A stretch of DNA of 39,252 nt from Methanosarcinales archaeon (GTDB lineage: Archaea > Halobacteriota > Methanosarcinia > Methanosarcinales > Methanogasteraceae), in contig JAUVWP010000003.1 of the NCBI GenBank assembly GCA_030604085.1, forward strand, positions 1 through 39,252, read 5' to 3'. The notes below the pieces were generated by a model that saw nothing but the letters and a program-made list of their open reading frames with translations, was not told the DNA's origin and ran no database searches. A program made the translations under genes and the position numbers. Shown piece by piece: positions 17,604 through 27,595 of this stretch. Position 1 is the first letter of the stretch. Each line of letters opens with the position of its first letter.

Positions 17604-19589
17604 GTGGTTATGGGACAAGTTGGCACAGCTGATGGTGATGCTTCCGGGCGTCCGGACTCGAATGATAAGAATATAACCTCATACAAGATCACGATCTCGA
17701 TTCTTTTCGGGTTGCTCGGATTTATAGTAAACTTCTATCCTGTGGATTTTGTATTTTACGGCACGTATAAAATGAGTTTTCTCCTCGGGCTCGTGTTTCC
17801 CATGCTGATCACGCTTGCGTGGGGCTGGAGGTACGGGCTTCTGTCCGCGCTCGCTGGCGGCTGCCAGACGCTGTGGATACTCTGGATGCCAGGAAGCGGT
17901 TACGGTCCATTTGTATCGGTGCCGCCGTTTACGCTCTGGATCGTCTGGCACGGATGGTTCTTGCGTATCAGATACAGCATCTATCTCGGAGAGCTGATAT
18001 TCCGTATATTCAATACAGCGCTCCTCTACACCGTATTCAGATGGGTATTTACCCTAAACGTCCCGCCTGCCAACACATACATGCCGCTTGCGGTAGCGCA
18101 CTCGATCGTGTTTAAAAAGGCGGTAAACGGGCTGTTAATCATCTTTATCGCACAGGGGCTCCTGTACTCAGACCCTGTAAGGCAGTTTTTTAAGCTGCCG
18201 AAGAGCACGGCAGACCCGCGCCTCTATTACACCTATACAAGCGCCGTCATTCTTGGCGGGATACTGATCTTCAGTTTCATCGGCGAGAGGTATATATGGG
18301 GGCTCTGGGGTCCCGAGTTTCAATATGCTGCCTGCATACTCGGCTCGGTACTGTTGCTGATGCTCGGAATCCTCTGCACATACAAAGCCGCCAATGTATT
18401 TGCGAAGAGGAAGACCGAAGAACTCATCCATGCGGAAGAAGTGCTGCGTGAGAGCGAGAAGAAACTCTCGCAGATCATCGATGGAAGTTCGATACCGACC
18501 TTTGTGATCGATGGAGGTCACACCGTGACACACTGGAACATAGCGTGTGAGAACCTGACAGGAATCCCTGCAAGCGCGATTGTAGGAACCAGCAGACACT
18601 GGTCGGCATTCTATCCGGCAGAGAGACCGCTCATGGCTGATATGATAGTGGATGAGCTGCCAGAGGAAGAGATGGCCAGATACTACGGCGATGAGTATCA
18701 AATATCCACCCTTATCGAAGGAGGTTGTGAAGCCGAGAAATTCTTCCCGCATCTGGGCGGGGGTGGGAAATGGATTTTTTTCACAGCAGCGCCACTTAGG
18801 AACCCCGAAGGGGAGATCGTTGGCGCTATCGAGGCGTTGCAGGACGTAACTGCGCGCAAAATCGCGGAGGCAAAGCTGAATCAGACGTTGACAGACCTGA
18901 AGCGTTCCAATGCTGAACTCGAGCAGTTCGCATACGTCGCGTCCCATGACCTGCAAGAGCCGCTTCGCATGGTCTCTGGTTACATGCAGCTTATGAAACG
19001 GCGATACGAGGGCAAACTTGACTCCGATGCCGACGAGTTCATCGGCTTTGCCGTAGACGGTGCGAACCGGATGCAGACGCTGATCAACGACCTGCTCTCA
19101 TATTCGCGGGTCGGCACACGTGGTAAGCCGCTCACACCGACCGACTGCGAAATGCTCCTTGAGCAGACACTCTCCAACCTGAAAGCATCTATTGACGATA
19201 GTGGTGCAGTGGTTACCCATGATCCCCTCCCAACCGTGATGGCGGATGGCTCGCAACTGGCTCAGATGTTTCAGAACCTGATCGGTAACGCGATCAAGTT
19301 TAAGGGCGAGGAGCCGCCGCGTATCCACATCACAGCAGAGCAAAAGGGGGATGAGTGGCTCTTCTCGGTGGCTGACAACGGCATCGGCATCGAGCATGAG
19401 TTCTTCGACCGCATCTTTGTGATATTCCAGCGCCTGCACGGCAGGGACGTGTATACGGGCACCGGGATCGGGCTTGCGATCTGCAAGAAGATTGTCAATC
19501 GGCACGGCGGCAGGATTCGGGTGGAATCGGAGCCCGGGCAGGGCTCGACGTTCTATTTCACGATCCCGACAAAAGGAGGGGGGCAGTAA
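17604..19589 (+). CDS. Membrane-bound PAS sensor histidine kinase
   Basis: Multi-TM N-terminus; PAS domain (IPTFVID..WN.ACENLTG); H-box YVASHDLQEPLR; N-box QNLIGNAIKF; DNGIGI; GTGIGLAI; GSTFYF. Confidence 0.93.
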   Translation: MVMGQVGTADGDASGRPDSNDKNITSYKITISILFGLLGFIVNFYPVDFVFYGTYKMSFLLGLVFPMLITLAWGWRYGLLSALAGGCQTLWILWMPGSGYGPFVSVPPFTLWIVWHGWFLRIRYSIYLGELIFRIFNTALLYTVFRWVFTLNVPPANTYMPLAVAHSIVFKKAVNGLLIIFIAQGLLYSDPVRQFFKLPKSTADPRLYYTYTSAVILGGILIFSFIGERYIWGLWGPEFQYAACILGSVLLLMLGILCTYKAANVFAKRKTEELIHAEEVLRESEKKLSQIIDGSSIPTFVIDGGHTVTHWNIACENLTGIPASAIVGTSRHWSAFYPAERPLMADMIVDELPEEEMARYYGDEYQISTLIEGGCEAEKFFPHLGGGGKWIFFTAAPLRNPEGEIVGAIEALQDVTARKIAEAKLNQTLTDLKRSNAELEQFAYVASHDLQEPLRMVSGYMQLMKRRYEGKLDSDADEFIGFAVDGANRMQTLINDLLSYSRVGTRGKPLTPTDCEMLLEQTLSNLKASIDDSGAVVTHDPLPTVMADGSQLAQMFQNLIGNAIKFKGEEPPRIHITAEQKGDEWLFSVADNGIGIEHEFFDRIFVIFQRLHGRDVYTGTGIGLAICKKIVNRHGGRIRVESEPGQGSTFYFTIPTKGGGQ

Positions 19590-19790
19590 TGAGTGCGCGG
19601 GGCAATCCCCTAGCGATTGTTATCCTCGCCATGTTTCTTATCCTCTCCCTGTGTGCCCTGCTTTCGTATGCGCGAGGAAGAGCCGGCAAAAGCGTGTGCT
19701 TGTACTGAATTCGTATCACAGGGGTTTGCACAGACTGATGATGCTGTAAAAAGAATTGAGTCTGTTTTGGAACCGGAAAAATGGTATTGA
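19589..19790 (+). pseudogene. Frameshifted 5' remnant of a second exported sensor protein
   Basis: ATG overlaps the kinase stop: signal peptide MSARGNPLAIVILAMFLILSLCALL; other frames give KRVLVLNSYH and GFAQTDDAVKRIESVL, the typical start of ABC-substrate-binding-like sensor domains. Confidence 0.6.
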
Positions 19791-19816
19791 ACCTGTAAAA
19801 CGTTTCGATAAATCGG

Positions 19817-20341
19817 CTATCGATCCCCGGTCTTCACCAGTTCGAGACGCTGCCCTTTGACTACCAGCTTGTCCGACCGTCTTGCAATGCCTCTTATGAA
19901 CGTCGAACTCAGGTCAAAGACCCTGGACAGTCCTGCCATCGAGCGGTTGCCCTTGGAAACTTCCTCTTCGATCGACTCGATCATATCGGCAAGCTCCCCA
20001 TCGCTCTTGAACGTGATCATGATCAGGTCGCTCATATCCTTGATCGAACACTGGAAATTTGCATGTAACTTTGAATACGATACCGTATACTCCTTGTCCG
20101 GAGTTTTGCCAGGCTCTGGCATCCGCCACTGGCTCTCGATCAGCCCGCTCTTCCGCAGGATCTCGAGACTTGGCTTGACGTCTGTACCGATGCTCTCTGC
20201 AAGTTCCTGCTCGGTCATCCATCCCTCTGATAACTCATCAAAGACGCTTTTGTGTATACCTGAGCCGAATGTCCGCAGCAATGGCACCAGATCGGAAGGG
20301 TCGTTTACGAGTTTTGTCCGTTTCCCCATCTGTGTCGTCAT
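19817..20341 (-). CDS. Archaeal ArsR-like winged-helix regulator
   Basis: LVNDPSDLVPLL, WMTE.EL, LRKSGLIESQWRMPEPGKTPDKEY. Confidence 0.78.
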   Translation of the reverse strand: MTTQMGKRTKLVNDPSDLVPLLRTFGSGIHKSVFDELSEGWMTEQELAESIGTDVKPSLEILRKSGLIESQWRMPEPGKTPDKEYTVSYSKLHANFQCSIKDMSDLIMITFKSDGELADMIESIEEEVSKGNRSMAGLSRVFDLSSTFIRGIARRSDKLVVKGQRLELVKTGDR

Positions 20342-20347
20342 GGTGCA

Positions 20348-20623
20348 CTATGTCCTTGCCAGATTGTCCAGAAACGCCTTTGCCTCGGTCTCATCGCCGT
20401 GCACGAAAATAAGTCTCATCTCATTGTTCAGTTCGATCACCATCTTATCAAAGAATTTCTTTTTGGCGTGAACCCTAATATCGTTTTCGGTGTACATACG
20501 CGCATCGTTACTGTAGTACAGATCATGCCCGCCTTCGATACGGAAGACCTTAAACCCCATCTTCGAAAGAATATCGGTGACCGATTCTACGGAGATCCTA
20601 TCCTCATACTGTCTTATAATCAT
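20348..20623 (-). CDS. Hypothetical protein
   Basis: 91-aa ORF tightly packed between co-oriented genes (gaps of 6 and 12 nt). Confidence 0.7.
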   Translation of the reverse strand: MIIRQYEDRISVESVTDILSKMGFKVFRIEGGHDLYYSNDARMYTENDIRVHAKKKFFDKMVIELNNEMRLIFVHGDETEAKAFLDNLART

Positions 20624-20635
20624 GCATCCCTATTA

Positions 20636-21736
20636 TTAGTATATTGGCTCAAGATCTTCGATATGAGAAAACGCGCTGTCGAGCTGGCTTTTTGACTTGT
20701 CCTGCCGTTCCCTCTCAAACCGAATTGCCTCTGCCGCAATGGCATACAATTTTTCAAGTTCCGGGACTGAGTTTAGCGTAAATAGCGATAAAACTCTTGG
20801 TCTGCCCTTCTGGATAAGAACCCCTTTGAAGACCTGTCCAACCTCGGTGGACAGATCTTCTATGGTCTTGGTGATCAGATCAAGATCAAGATATTTCTTG
20901 TCGCCTTTGATGATCAGCATCGCACGCGCACCTTCCTTGTAGACGTTTGTCGGGAAGAGAAGTCCGCTCGGCTTGAAACTTCCGAGAATCGCTGATTTGA
21001 TTGTACTATCCTTGGACGCCTCGTAAAATCCCATGGTTCCGATACCGATCCCCCCGTTCATCACAGTCTTGAGATCGCCAAGGTCGGTGACCATCAGCAT
21101 CTCGCTGTTGAGCGCCTCTATAAGGAAGAGCAACCGCCGCGCGGTCGTGGTGTTGAACTTGTCGTAAGCGGATTTGATGTCGCCGGCGTACTTCTTCAGA
21201 TATTGGTTATCCACGAGCAGCACTCCGGAAGGTTTCTCTTCTACGAGGTCTTTCAGGCAGAAAGCAGCGTTCTGCAGGAAGATGGATCCTTCTTCCCTGA
21301 ATGGAAGTACTGCAATGCAGATTACCGGAGCGTTGTTATATGTTTCTTTCAGTTCGCGCACGAGAAGCGGTGCAAATGATGAACCGCTCCCGCCGGCGGC
21401 AGATGTGATGATGAAAATAAGGTCGAATGTCCCTCTTCTATCGATCTCGCTCATGATAATTTCCTTATTATCCTCAAAAACTTGTTTCCCGAGGGTTCGA
21501 TTCGCGCCGACGCCGTGCAGATGCGGGACATGCAACCGGTCCTTCGCACGCGTATCCACAAGTCCTTTCAAGTCATTGATCGCTGTGTTGATCGCAATCG
21601 TCTTGACCGATGCCGGAAACTTCTGGCGTGTGTAGTATTTCGCAAATGCACCGCCGCGTCCAAACGCCTCACGATTCATCGCATCAAGTATCCGATTTCC
21701 GCATTGCCCCAGTCCAAGAACTAATATGTTAAGCAT
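20636..21736 (-). CDS. Tubulin/FtsZ-superfamily GTPase (CetZ-like, non-canonical)
   Basis: LGLGQCGNRI, AINTA..DL, GVGAN, SAAGGSGSS (variant of GGGTGSG), VLPFREEG, LVDN, TDLGDLK; AGGTGA before ATG 21736. Confidence 0.85.
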   Translation of the reverse strand: MLNILVLGLGQCGNRILDAMNREAFGRGGAFAKYYTRQKFPASVKTIAINTAINDLKGLVDTRAKDRLHVPHLHGVGANRTLGKQVFEDNKEIIMSEIDRRGTFDLIFIITSAAGGSGSSFAPLLVRELKETYNNAPVICIAVLPFREEGSIFLQNAAFCLKDLVEEKPSGVLLVDNQYLKKYAGDIKSAYDKFNTTTARRLLFLIEALNSEMLMVTDLGDLKTVMNGGIGIGTMGFYEASKDSTIKSAILGSFKPSGLLFPTNVYKEGARAMLIIKGDKKYLDLDLITKTIEDLSTEVGQVFKGVLIQKGRPRVLSLFTLNSVPELEKLYAIAAEAIRFERERQDKSKSQLDSAFSHIEDLEPIY

Positions 21737-21751
21737 GGTCACCTGTCTCTT

Positions 21752-22918
21752 TTAATAAGAATATTCTCTGCGTCGCTTTATGATCCATAACAGTATTAAG
21801 AGTATCGGGATTGCCGCAATGATATATACATAATACTTTTCCAAACCCGACTTCTCTGCCCAGAACTCGAAAACGGCGGTTGCCTCCTCGCCTGCCCACA
21901 TCATTTTCATCTCAACCACGTGTTTGCCTTCCTCGCTTGCGACCAGTGTAACCTCGTACTCCTCACCTTTATCTGGCTTGACCGATTCGTATACCGGTTC
22001 CAACTCGCCGCCTTTCGCCAATTTCACGCCGGGAGGCAGATCGCCTTTGACGTAGACCTTTTCAGAGGTGGCGTTCCCGATATTCGTGATCGTAACAACC
22101 ATCGGGACATCATCGCCGCAGGTTACGACGTAGTCGATCGGGTCGATCGAGATCGTCAGTTCCGGCAGCAGGACTTCCTTGGGTATGATCGTAAGGACGC
22201 TGGACTGTGACTCGGTAGAATCCGAAACGCCTGACTCGCCCTTATAGTTCAATACGGAAGCGGGCATCTCGCGCGTCCCTGACTGTGCATCCTCCCTGAT
22301 CTTCAGATCATACTCGATCCTTTCAGTCGCTCCTGCTGCTATATCCTCGATTGTGGACGGGCAGCCATCCTTGTACGTCTTCGCAATCGTGCCCTCATCA
22401 AGCATAATATCCGTGGCAGTGCCGTTTCCTGTGTTCTTGATCGTGAGCGTGACCTTGACGGTCTGGCCGATCTCTGCCTTGTTCGGATCGATCGTTCTCG
22501 TGATGGTAAGTTTCGGGACGGCGACTGGTTCGGTTTCTACTTCGCCAGCATTCCGGTCGGTGACGTATAGTTTTTTCGAGCTTTCTATCACAAACGAGGC
22601 GGCATTGGAGAAGACTGAATCGAGCGTAACCTCTATTATCAGACCGCTACCGCTTGGGTATTCGGTAGGAATGTCTCCTGTATACAGTGTCTTTTTTGTA
22701 CCAACTGGGTCTAGATAACTGTAAAAATGGACTTGTGCAGACCAGCCCATGTCCCCACTAACATCGAGCACCTCAATGTAAATATCATTATTCAGTACTA
22801 CGTATTCATTTACACCTATAGTAACTTTGGTAGTCTCCACGCCAGCAGCAGTCATCGGAAGTACCAGTATGAGAAGAGCCGCAGCCGCCACAACCACTAA
22901 AACTCTACAACCGTTCAT
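21752..22918 (-). CDS. Cell-surface protein with Ig-like (BatD/CARDB-like) domains and C-terminal TM
   Basis: Signal peptide; two VTLTIKNTGNGTA / VVTITNIGNATS repeats; C-terminal TM followed by KRRR. Confidence 0.78.
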   Translation of the reverse strand: MNGCRVLVVVAAAALLILVLPMTAAGVETTKVTIGVNEYVVLNNDIYIEVLDVSGDMGWSAQVHFYSYLDPVGTKKTLYTGDIPTEYPSGSGLIIEVTLDSVFSNAASFVIESSKKLYVTDRNAGEVETEPVAVPKLTITRTIDPNKAEIGQTVKVTLTIKNTGNGTATDIMLDEGTIAKTYKDGCPSTIEDIAAGATERIEYDLKIREDAQSGTREMPASVLNYKGESGVSDSTESQSSVLTIIPKEVLLPELTISIDPIDYVVTCGDDVPMVVTITNIGNATSEKVYVKGDLPPGVKLAKGGELEPVYESVKPDKGEEYEVTLVASEEGKHVVEMKMMWAGEEATAVFEFWAEKSGLEKYYVYIIAAIPILLILLWIIKRRREYSY

Positions 22919-22973
22919 CGATACTAACCTCTGTGTGTATATGTTTTAAACTTTGCGAACCACTGCACCTGAA

Positions 22974-24794
22974 TCACGCGTATCTTCTCCTGAATAGGTA
23001 TACAGCAGCAACTATGGTTAGCACCCAGTACCAACCCAGACCCGCCGTCTCCGCGGTCTCTTCGTCCACAGTCTCTCTTATTCCATCGGTTCCCTGTTCC
23101 ACAGTCCGGTTGCCCTGACCTGCGAAGAACCGCGCTGTTCTCGCAACCATCTTTGCATACCCGTAATCAACAATCCGGTCAGTATCGGATGCCGCGAGTA
23201 TTTCTGCGTGTTCATAAGCGCTCGTGGCAAGAATCGGCTCTGCCCCGCCCGTCCTCGCAGCGAGGATGGCCGACATCGCATCCCTCTCGCTCTTGTTCAC
23301 CTTCTCATCGATATCAGCGATGCCCATAAGTTCGATCGCGGTTCCCGAAAGCACCATCGCGTGCAGCGAATCGTAGATTGCGCCGGCATAGTATCCTGTA
23401 CGGAGTTCCCTTCTGGCGCGGGATAGGTCATCTGTCGCATCCATGATCCATGATCGGTCCCCTCCCGCCTCGCTGGTCAGCATCTCGGCATAAGCGAGTA
23501 TCGACGCGGATTGGCTGTAGTACCTGCCTGCACGATCCTTGAGCAGATCCTCCGGAATCTCCGCACCTCCGCCGACACATGAGAGCGTCGCCCACCACTT
23601 TGCTGACCGTGCCCGCTCCATCGCAAACGCAAGCAAGTAGATCGTATCGTCCGCGCTCTCTGCATGACTTGCCCATTCCAATCGCTCTTTCGCTATCGTA
23701 AGTCTCGATTCTGCCGCACCTATCCCCTCTAAAACCCCGTTTTCCAATCTCGCTTCCGAAACGGCAAGTTCGGCGTCTGCGATCTCGTCCTCGACGCAGA
23801 CTGTAAGATTAGAGAGATACTCGTCCTTGTCATCGGAGTCGAGATACAGAGAGTGCCACCCGATGCGCCGAATCTTGATCATCGTATTAAAACTCCTGCT
23901 CATGGACGCATAGTAGTTTCCTGAATCGTAATCGTTCTGTGCATCCTCAATCGCATGAATCTGGCTATCAAGCGCATCCTTAAGACGTGAATCCACTATT
24001 GCATCGGTCTCATTGTACTGCACTCTCGTCTCGTCCAGCAATGCAAGAGCAAGCGGCTGCATCGCATCTAAGTATCCTCTGGTTTGCACTTCACCAGTCA
24101 GTATTATCCGGGGAATCTCGTTACCAGTGTATGCGTAAACCGCGTCTCTTATGTCGTCGATTTCCCTGACCTCGACTCCTCGCGCCGCTCCGAGTTCGAT
24201 CACGTTTGTAGTGACCAGTTCATCGCTGATCGTGACAACGGGATCATCGTGTTCGATGACCTGCACGATTTCCGTGATATTTCCCTGTCCCGGCGGTATC
24301 AGGAATGTGTGCGCACCATGTCTTACGGATACGTTTAATTTTGCAGGTATTCCCCCGACCGCACCGATCGATCCGTCCGGATTGATCATGCCAGTCATAA
24401 CGACGCCGGAGTCAACAGTCCAGTTCTCAAGCGCTGCAACTGTAGCGACGGTCATTGCCGCGCCTGCTGAGGGTCCGCCGATCACTGGCGAGTCTGAGTG
24501 TATCACGTAAAAGAAGTCGTGGGCTTCGGGATCGGTGCCTGTGATGTCACATGCCACCATCGATGACAACCTGGCAGAGCCCTGCATATCGACCTGTGCG
24601 AACGGCTTGGTGTCGACGAAGACGTGTCCGGTGCCGTCTGTCACCCAGACCGTCAGATTCGTGAGCACGCCGATCTCTTCGCTTGCATATACTGCGGGAA
24701 GCAGGACCGACACCGGTGCAGCCGATGTGCATGGGGTGCAGGACAAGAGGATTGGAAGTATCAGAAGTATCAGGATCAGGCGCTTCTTTTCCAT
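22974..24794 (-). CDS. Exported Lon-like (S16) serine protease lacking the ATPase domain
   Basis: Signal peptide; LPAV, GTGHVFV, IGGPSAG (Ser), MTGMINPDGSIGAVGGIPAK (Lys); helical middle region; C-terminal TM followed by RRR. Confidence 0.88.
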   Translation of the reverse strand: MEKKRLILILLILPILLSCTPCTSAAPVSVLLPAVYASEEIGVLTNLTVWVTDGTGHVFVDTKPFAQVDMQGSARLSSMVACDITGTDPEAHDFFYVIHSDSPVIGGPSAGAAMTVATVAALENWTVDSGVVMTGMINPDGSIGAVGGIPAKLNVSVRHGAHTFLIPPGQGNITEIVQVIEHDDPVVTISDELVTTNVIELGAARGVEVREIDDIRDAVYAYTGNEIPRIILTGEVQTRGYLDAMQPLALALLDETRVQYNETDAIVDSRLKDALDSQIHAIEDAQNDYDSGNYYASMSRSFNTMIKIRRIGWHSLYLDSDDKDEYLSNLTVCVEDEIADAELAVSEARLENGVLEGIGAAESRLTIAKERLEWASHAESADDTIYLLAFAMERARSAKWWATLSCVGGGAEIPEDLLKDRAGRYYSQSASILAYAEMLTSEAGGDRSWIMDATDDLSRARRELRTGYYAGAIYDSLHAMVLSGTAIELMGIADIDEKVNKSERDAMSAILAARTGGAEPILATSAYEHAEILAASDTDRIVDYGYAKMVARTARFFAGQGNRTVEQGTDGIRETVDEETAETAGLGWYWVLTIVAAVYLFRRRYA

Positions 24795-24890
24795 CAAGTG
24801 TTGTTACTACTTATGTGCATAAAACAATATCCCGGGACTTTACTATACGGGCACGGCTTGTCCCGAACCTGCCTGAGCCAAACAGTGAAT

Positions 24891-24982
24891 TTAACCGCAG
24901 AGATCGCTGAGGGGCGCGGAGCGGAAGAGCTCTGCGACCTCCGCGTGCTGCCAACAGCAAAGCTCCCACCTTCCGCGGTTAT
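24891..24982. repeat. Dispersed palindromic (REP-like) element, copy B
   Basis: TTAACCGCAGAGatCGCTGAGgggCGCGGAG...CTCTGCgaCCTCCGCG-TGCTGCC...TTCCGCGGTTA. Confidence 0.62.
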
Positions 24983-25175
24983 TTTTCTCGCCAGAAAGCA
25001 TGGAACCGCAATCGGTGACCCGAACACCCTGATAAGTTGGTAACCCATCCCCGAATCAGTCTTATTACTATGTCCGCCCTGATATTCGTGATGATTTACG
25101 CCCCCCTCCCGATTCTTATATGTGGTTTCATGTTACTATATGAAAGCATCAGACTGCAATACGGACGATCATCCC

Positions 25176-25961
25176 ATGAACATCGAAGACAAATTCACTG
25201 AACTGAAAACCCGAAACGAGGGTGCACTCATCGCATACATCTGCGCGGGCGACCCGACACCAGACGACACGGTGGCGATCGTGCACGCACTGGTACGCGG
25301 CGGCGCGGACGTGATCGAACTGGGACTTCCGTTCTCAGACCCGATCGCTGACGGTCCGACGATTCAGGCATCGATCGAACGGGCGCTTGATGCTGGCATG
25401 AACCCGGACATATTCTTCGATCTTGCTCACTCGCTTGACGTTTCTGTTCCGCTTGTGGTGATGACCTACTACAACATCATATTCAAGCGCGGGCTCGAAC
25501 GATTCGTACGCGACTGTGTAAAGAGCGGGATCTCGGGTATCATCGTCCCTGATCTTCCGGTCGAGGAGTCAGACGGTCTCGCCACGCATTGCAGGACACA
25601 CGGGGTTGACCTTATCTTCCTGATCGCGCCGACCACGTACCCGGAACGGATGGGAAAAATCGCGGACAGGGGTTCAGGTTTCATCTATCTCGTTGCAAGA
25701 ATCGGCGTCACCGGTGCAAGGGATGACATTGCAGAATCGACACTCTCATTAATCGATCTCGTGCGCGGCACAACCCAGACAACGACGCCGCTTGCAGTCG
25801 GATTCGGTATATCGACGCCGGATCAGGCCTCCGCCATCATAAAAGCGGGCGCAGACGGCGTGATCGTCGGTTCTGCGTTCGTAAACATCATCGCAGACCG
25901 CGTGAACGTACCCGAACGCATCGAAGAACTTACACGGGAACTAAAATCCGCTGTGCTATGA
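25176..25961 (+). CDS. trpA: Tryptophan synthase alpha chain
   Basis: YICAGDP, IELGLPFSDPIADGPTIQ, MTYYN, IVPDLPVEE, GVTG, GFGIS, ADGVIVGSA. Confidence 0.97.
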   Translation: MNIEDKFTELKTRNEGALIAYICAGDPTPDDTVAIVHALVRGGADVIELGLPFSDPIADGPTIQASIERALDAGMNPDIFFDLAHSLDVSVPLVVMTYYNIIFKRGLERFVRDCVKSGISGIIVPDLPVEESDGLATHCRTHGVDLIFLIAPTTYPERMGKIADRGSGFIYLVARIGVTGARDDIAESTLSLIDLVRGTTQTTTPLAVGFGISTPDQASAIIKAGADGVIVGSAFVNIIADRVNVPERIEELTRELKSAVL

Positions 25962-25970
25962 TATGTGATA

Positions 25971-26324
25971 TCACGGCGCTGTCGGCGGATTTACCTCTTC
26001 ATCCGCATATCCAACCGTCTCAATCTCGATCTTGATGCCTTCCGAATCCACAGAGATTGGGGGATTTGGATTCATCACAGTTCCGCCGCCTTTTGAGACG
26101 AGTAACCCTTCGTGCACCAGCTGGTCGGCGGTCTGCATAATCTCTTTATCATCGACCTCCTCAAAGACGTTCTTGAACAGATCGATGATGTCAAGTATCT
26201 GGACGCCGCTTAATCCCCTGGGTTTCATATATTCGGCATACGCATCGTTGTCTGCAAGCACATTGACGACGAACATAACCCTGCGCCTGTTCTCAAAGAA
26301 GAGATCATCTTCACTTAGTCCCAT
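25971..26324 (-). CDS. Hypothetical protein
   Basis: 117-aa ORF co-oriented with aIF-2beta and 20 nt downstream of it; GGGGA ribosome-site-like sequence. Confidence 0.65.
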   Translation of the reverse strand: MGLSEDDLFFENRRRVMFVVNVLADNDAYAEYMKPRGLSGVQILDIIDLFKNVFEEVDDKEIMQTADQLVHEGLLVSKGGGTVMNPNPPISVDSEGIKIEIETVGYADEEVNPPTAP

Positions 26325-26344
26325 AATTCCCCCATTTTCGATCG

Positions 26345-26965
26345 CTATGATTTCCGTTCGAGCAGTTCAGCGAATGCGAGTGTGCCGGAGATGCTCTTGA
26401 TTTTTATGTTTACGATCTCACCTTTGATCGTCTTCGGGACGTAGATGGTGTATTTGTCGATCTGTGTAAATCCGTCGCCTTTTCGACCGACTCCGGTGAT
26501 CTTGACATCATATTCCCCGCCTTCTTCTATCGGTTCCTTTGCCTGTACCGCACGAACCTTGCGTTTCCTGATCGGTCGATGCGCGCCACATGCATCGCAT
26601 TTCAACATCAGCACACGGTCGGTGCGCACCAGTATGGTGTCAGGACGTCCGCACTCAGAGCATATCACAAACTCATCGACATAAGCCTGGATCTGGGATT
26701 GGATGGTCTCGGTGGTGAACTTTCCCTGAAAGATCACACGAGTCCCGTCGAATTTGCCAGCAGTTCCAAGTTCTCTCAGGAGATACTTCAGCAGGTGGGT
26801 CGGGTCTCGATTGATGGTATCGGTGATCTTAAGAAAGTTTCTTAAAACGGTGGTTTTCCCTTCTATGATCACGTCTGCTTCCGGAACTGAGAAACGCACA
26901 TCAGTCGTCAGGTAATCCGGCATCTGTTCGAATGCCCGGTCCAGGTTTCCTGCATAATCGGTCAT
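26345..26965 (-). CDS. eif2b: Translation initiation factor aIF-2 beta with C-terminal TRAM domain
   Basis: [32 protein letters not shown]...CDACGA zinc finger, GRKGDG TRAM domain. Confidence 0.96.
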   Translation of the reverse strand: MTDYAGNLDRAFEQMPDYLTTDVRFSVPEADVIIEGKTTVLRNFLKITDTINRDPTHLLKYLLRELGTAGKFDGTRVIFQGKFTTETIQSQIQAYVDEFVICSECGRPDTILVRTDRVLMLKCDACGAHRPIRKRKVRAVQAKEPIEEGGEYDVKITGVGRKGDGFTQIDKYTIYVPKTIKGEIVNIKIKSISGTLAFAELLERKS

Positions 26966-27477
26966 TGAACCAGTTCCTGCCCCTTATCGATCACGATACG
27001 GACCGGCGTTGGCAGTTTATACCCGGCACGCCTCATCGACTCCTTTGCGTGCTGGAACTGCTGTGGTCGCACCGATACCGTAAAGACGCGCTGCCCTGCA
27101 TGTACCCGTGCGGCAGTCCCGACCAGTTTCCCAAACGCATGTCGCATGCCGCTTGATACACGGTCAGCGCCTGCGCCAGTCGCCTGTTTGTTCTCCCGAA
27201 GCACCTGGTGCGGGTATACGCGCAGTTTCATGTGGAAATTCGCACGTCCGGCTTCCCTGAGCAGATACCTGTTTGCGGTGATCCGTGCAGCTTCAAGCGC
27301 GTTGTGCCTGACCTGACACTGTTCCTTTGCGATTAAAGATATGGAAACTGGAAACTCATCTGTGAGGTTTCCCATGTCAAAACTTACGATGTGGCTGCCG
27401 GGTACCCCGCCCATGTATTCACGGCGTGTGTACGGGCGCTTAAATTTGCGGTACATTTTCGCGGGTTTGGTTACCAT
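26962..27477 (-). CDS. rpl10e: 50S ribosomal protein uL16 (L10e)
   Basis: [51 protein letters not shown]. Confidence 0.97.
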   Translation of the reverse strand: MVTKPAKMYRKFKRPYTRREYMGGVPGSHIVSFDMGNLTDEFPVSISLIAKEQCQVRHNALEAARITANRYLLREAGRANFHMKLRVYPHQVLRENKQATGAGADRVSSGMRHAFGKLVGTAARVHAGQRVFTVSVRPQQFQHAKESMRRAGYKLPTPVRIVIDKGQELVQ

Positions 27478-27595
27478 TTATATGCTCCTTTTTCTCTATA
27501 CATAACGGTTTTGTGGTTATAAATGTTGGGATTGCCGGAAGCATGATCGCTCTTTGAGTAAAACGCACAACCAACTCCCATCCACCATATCCACC

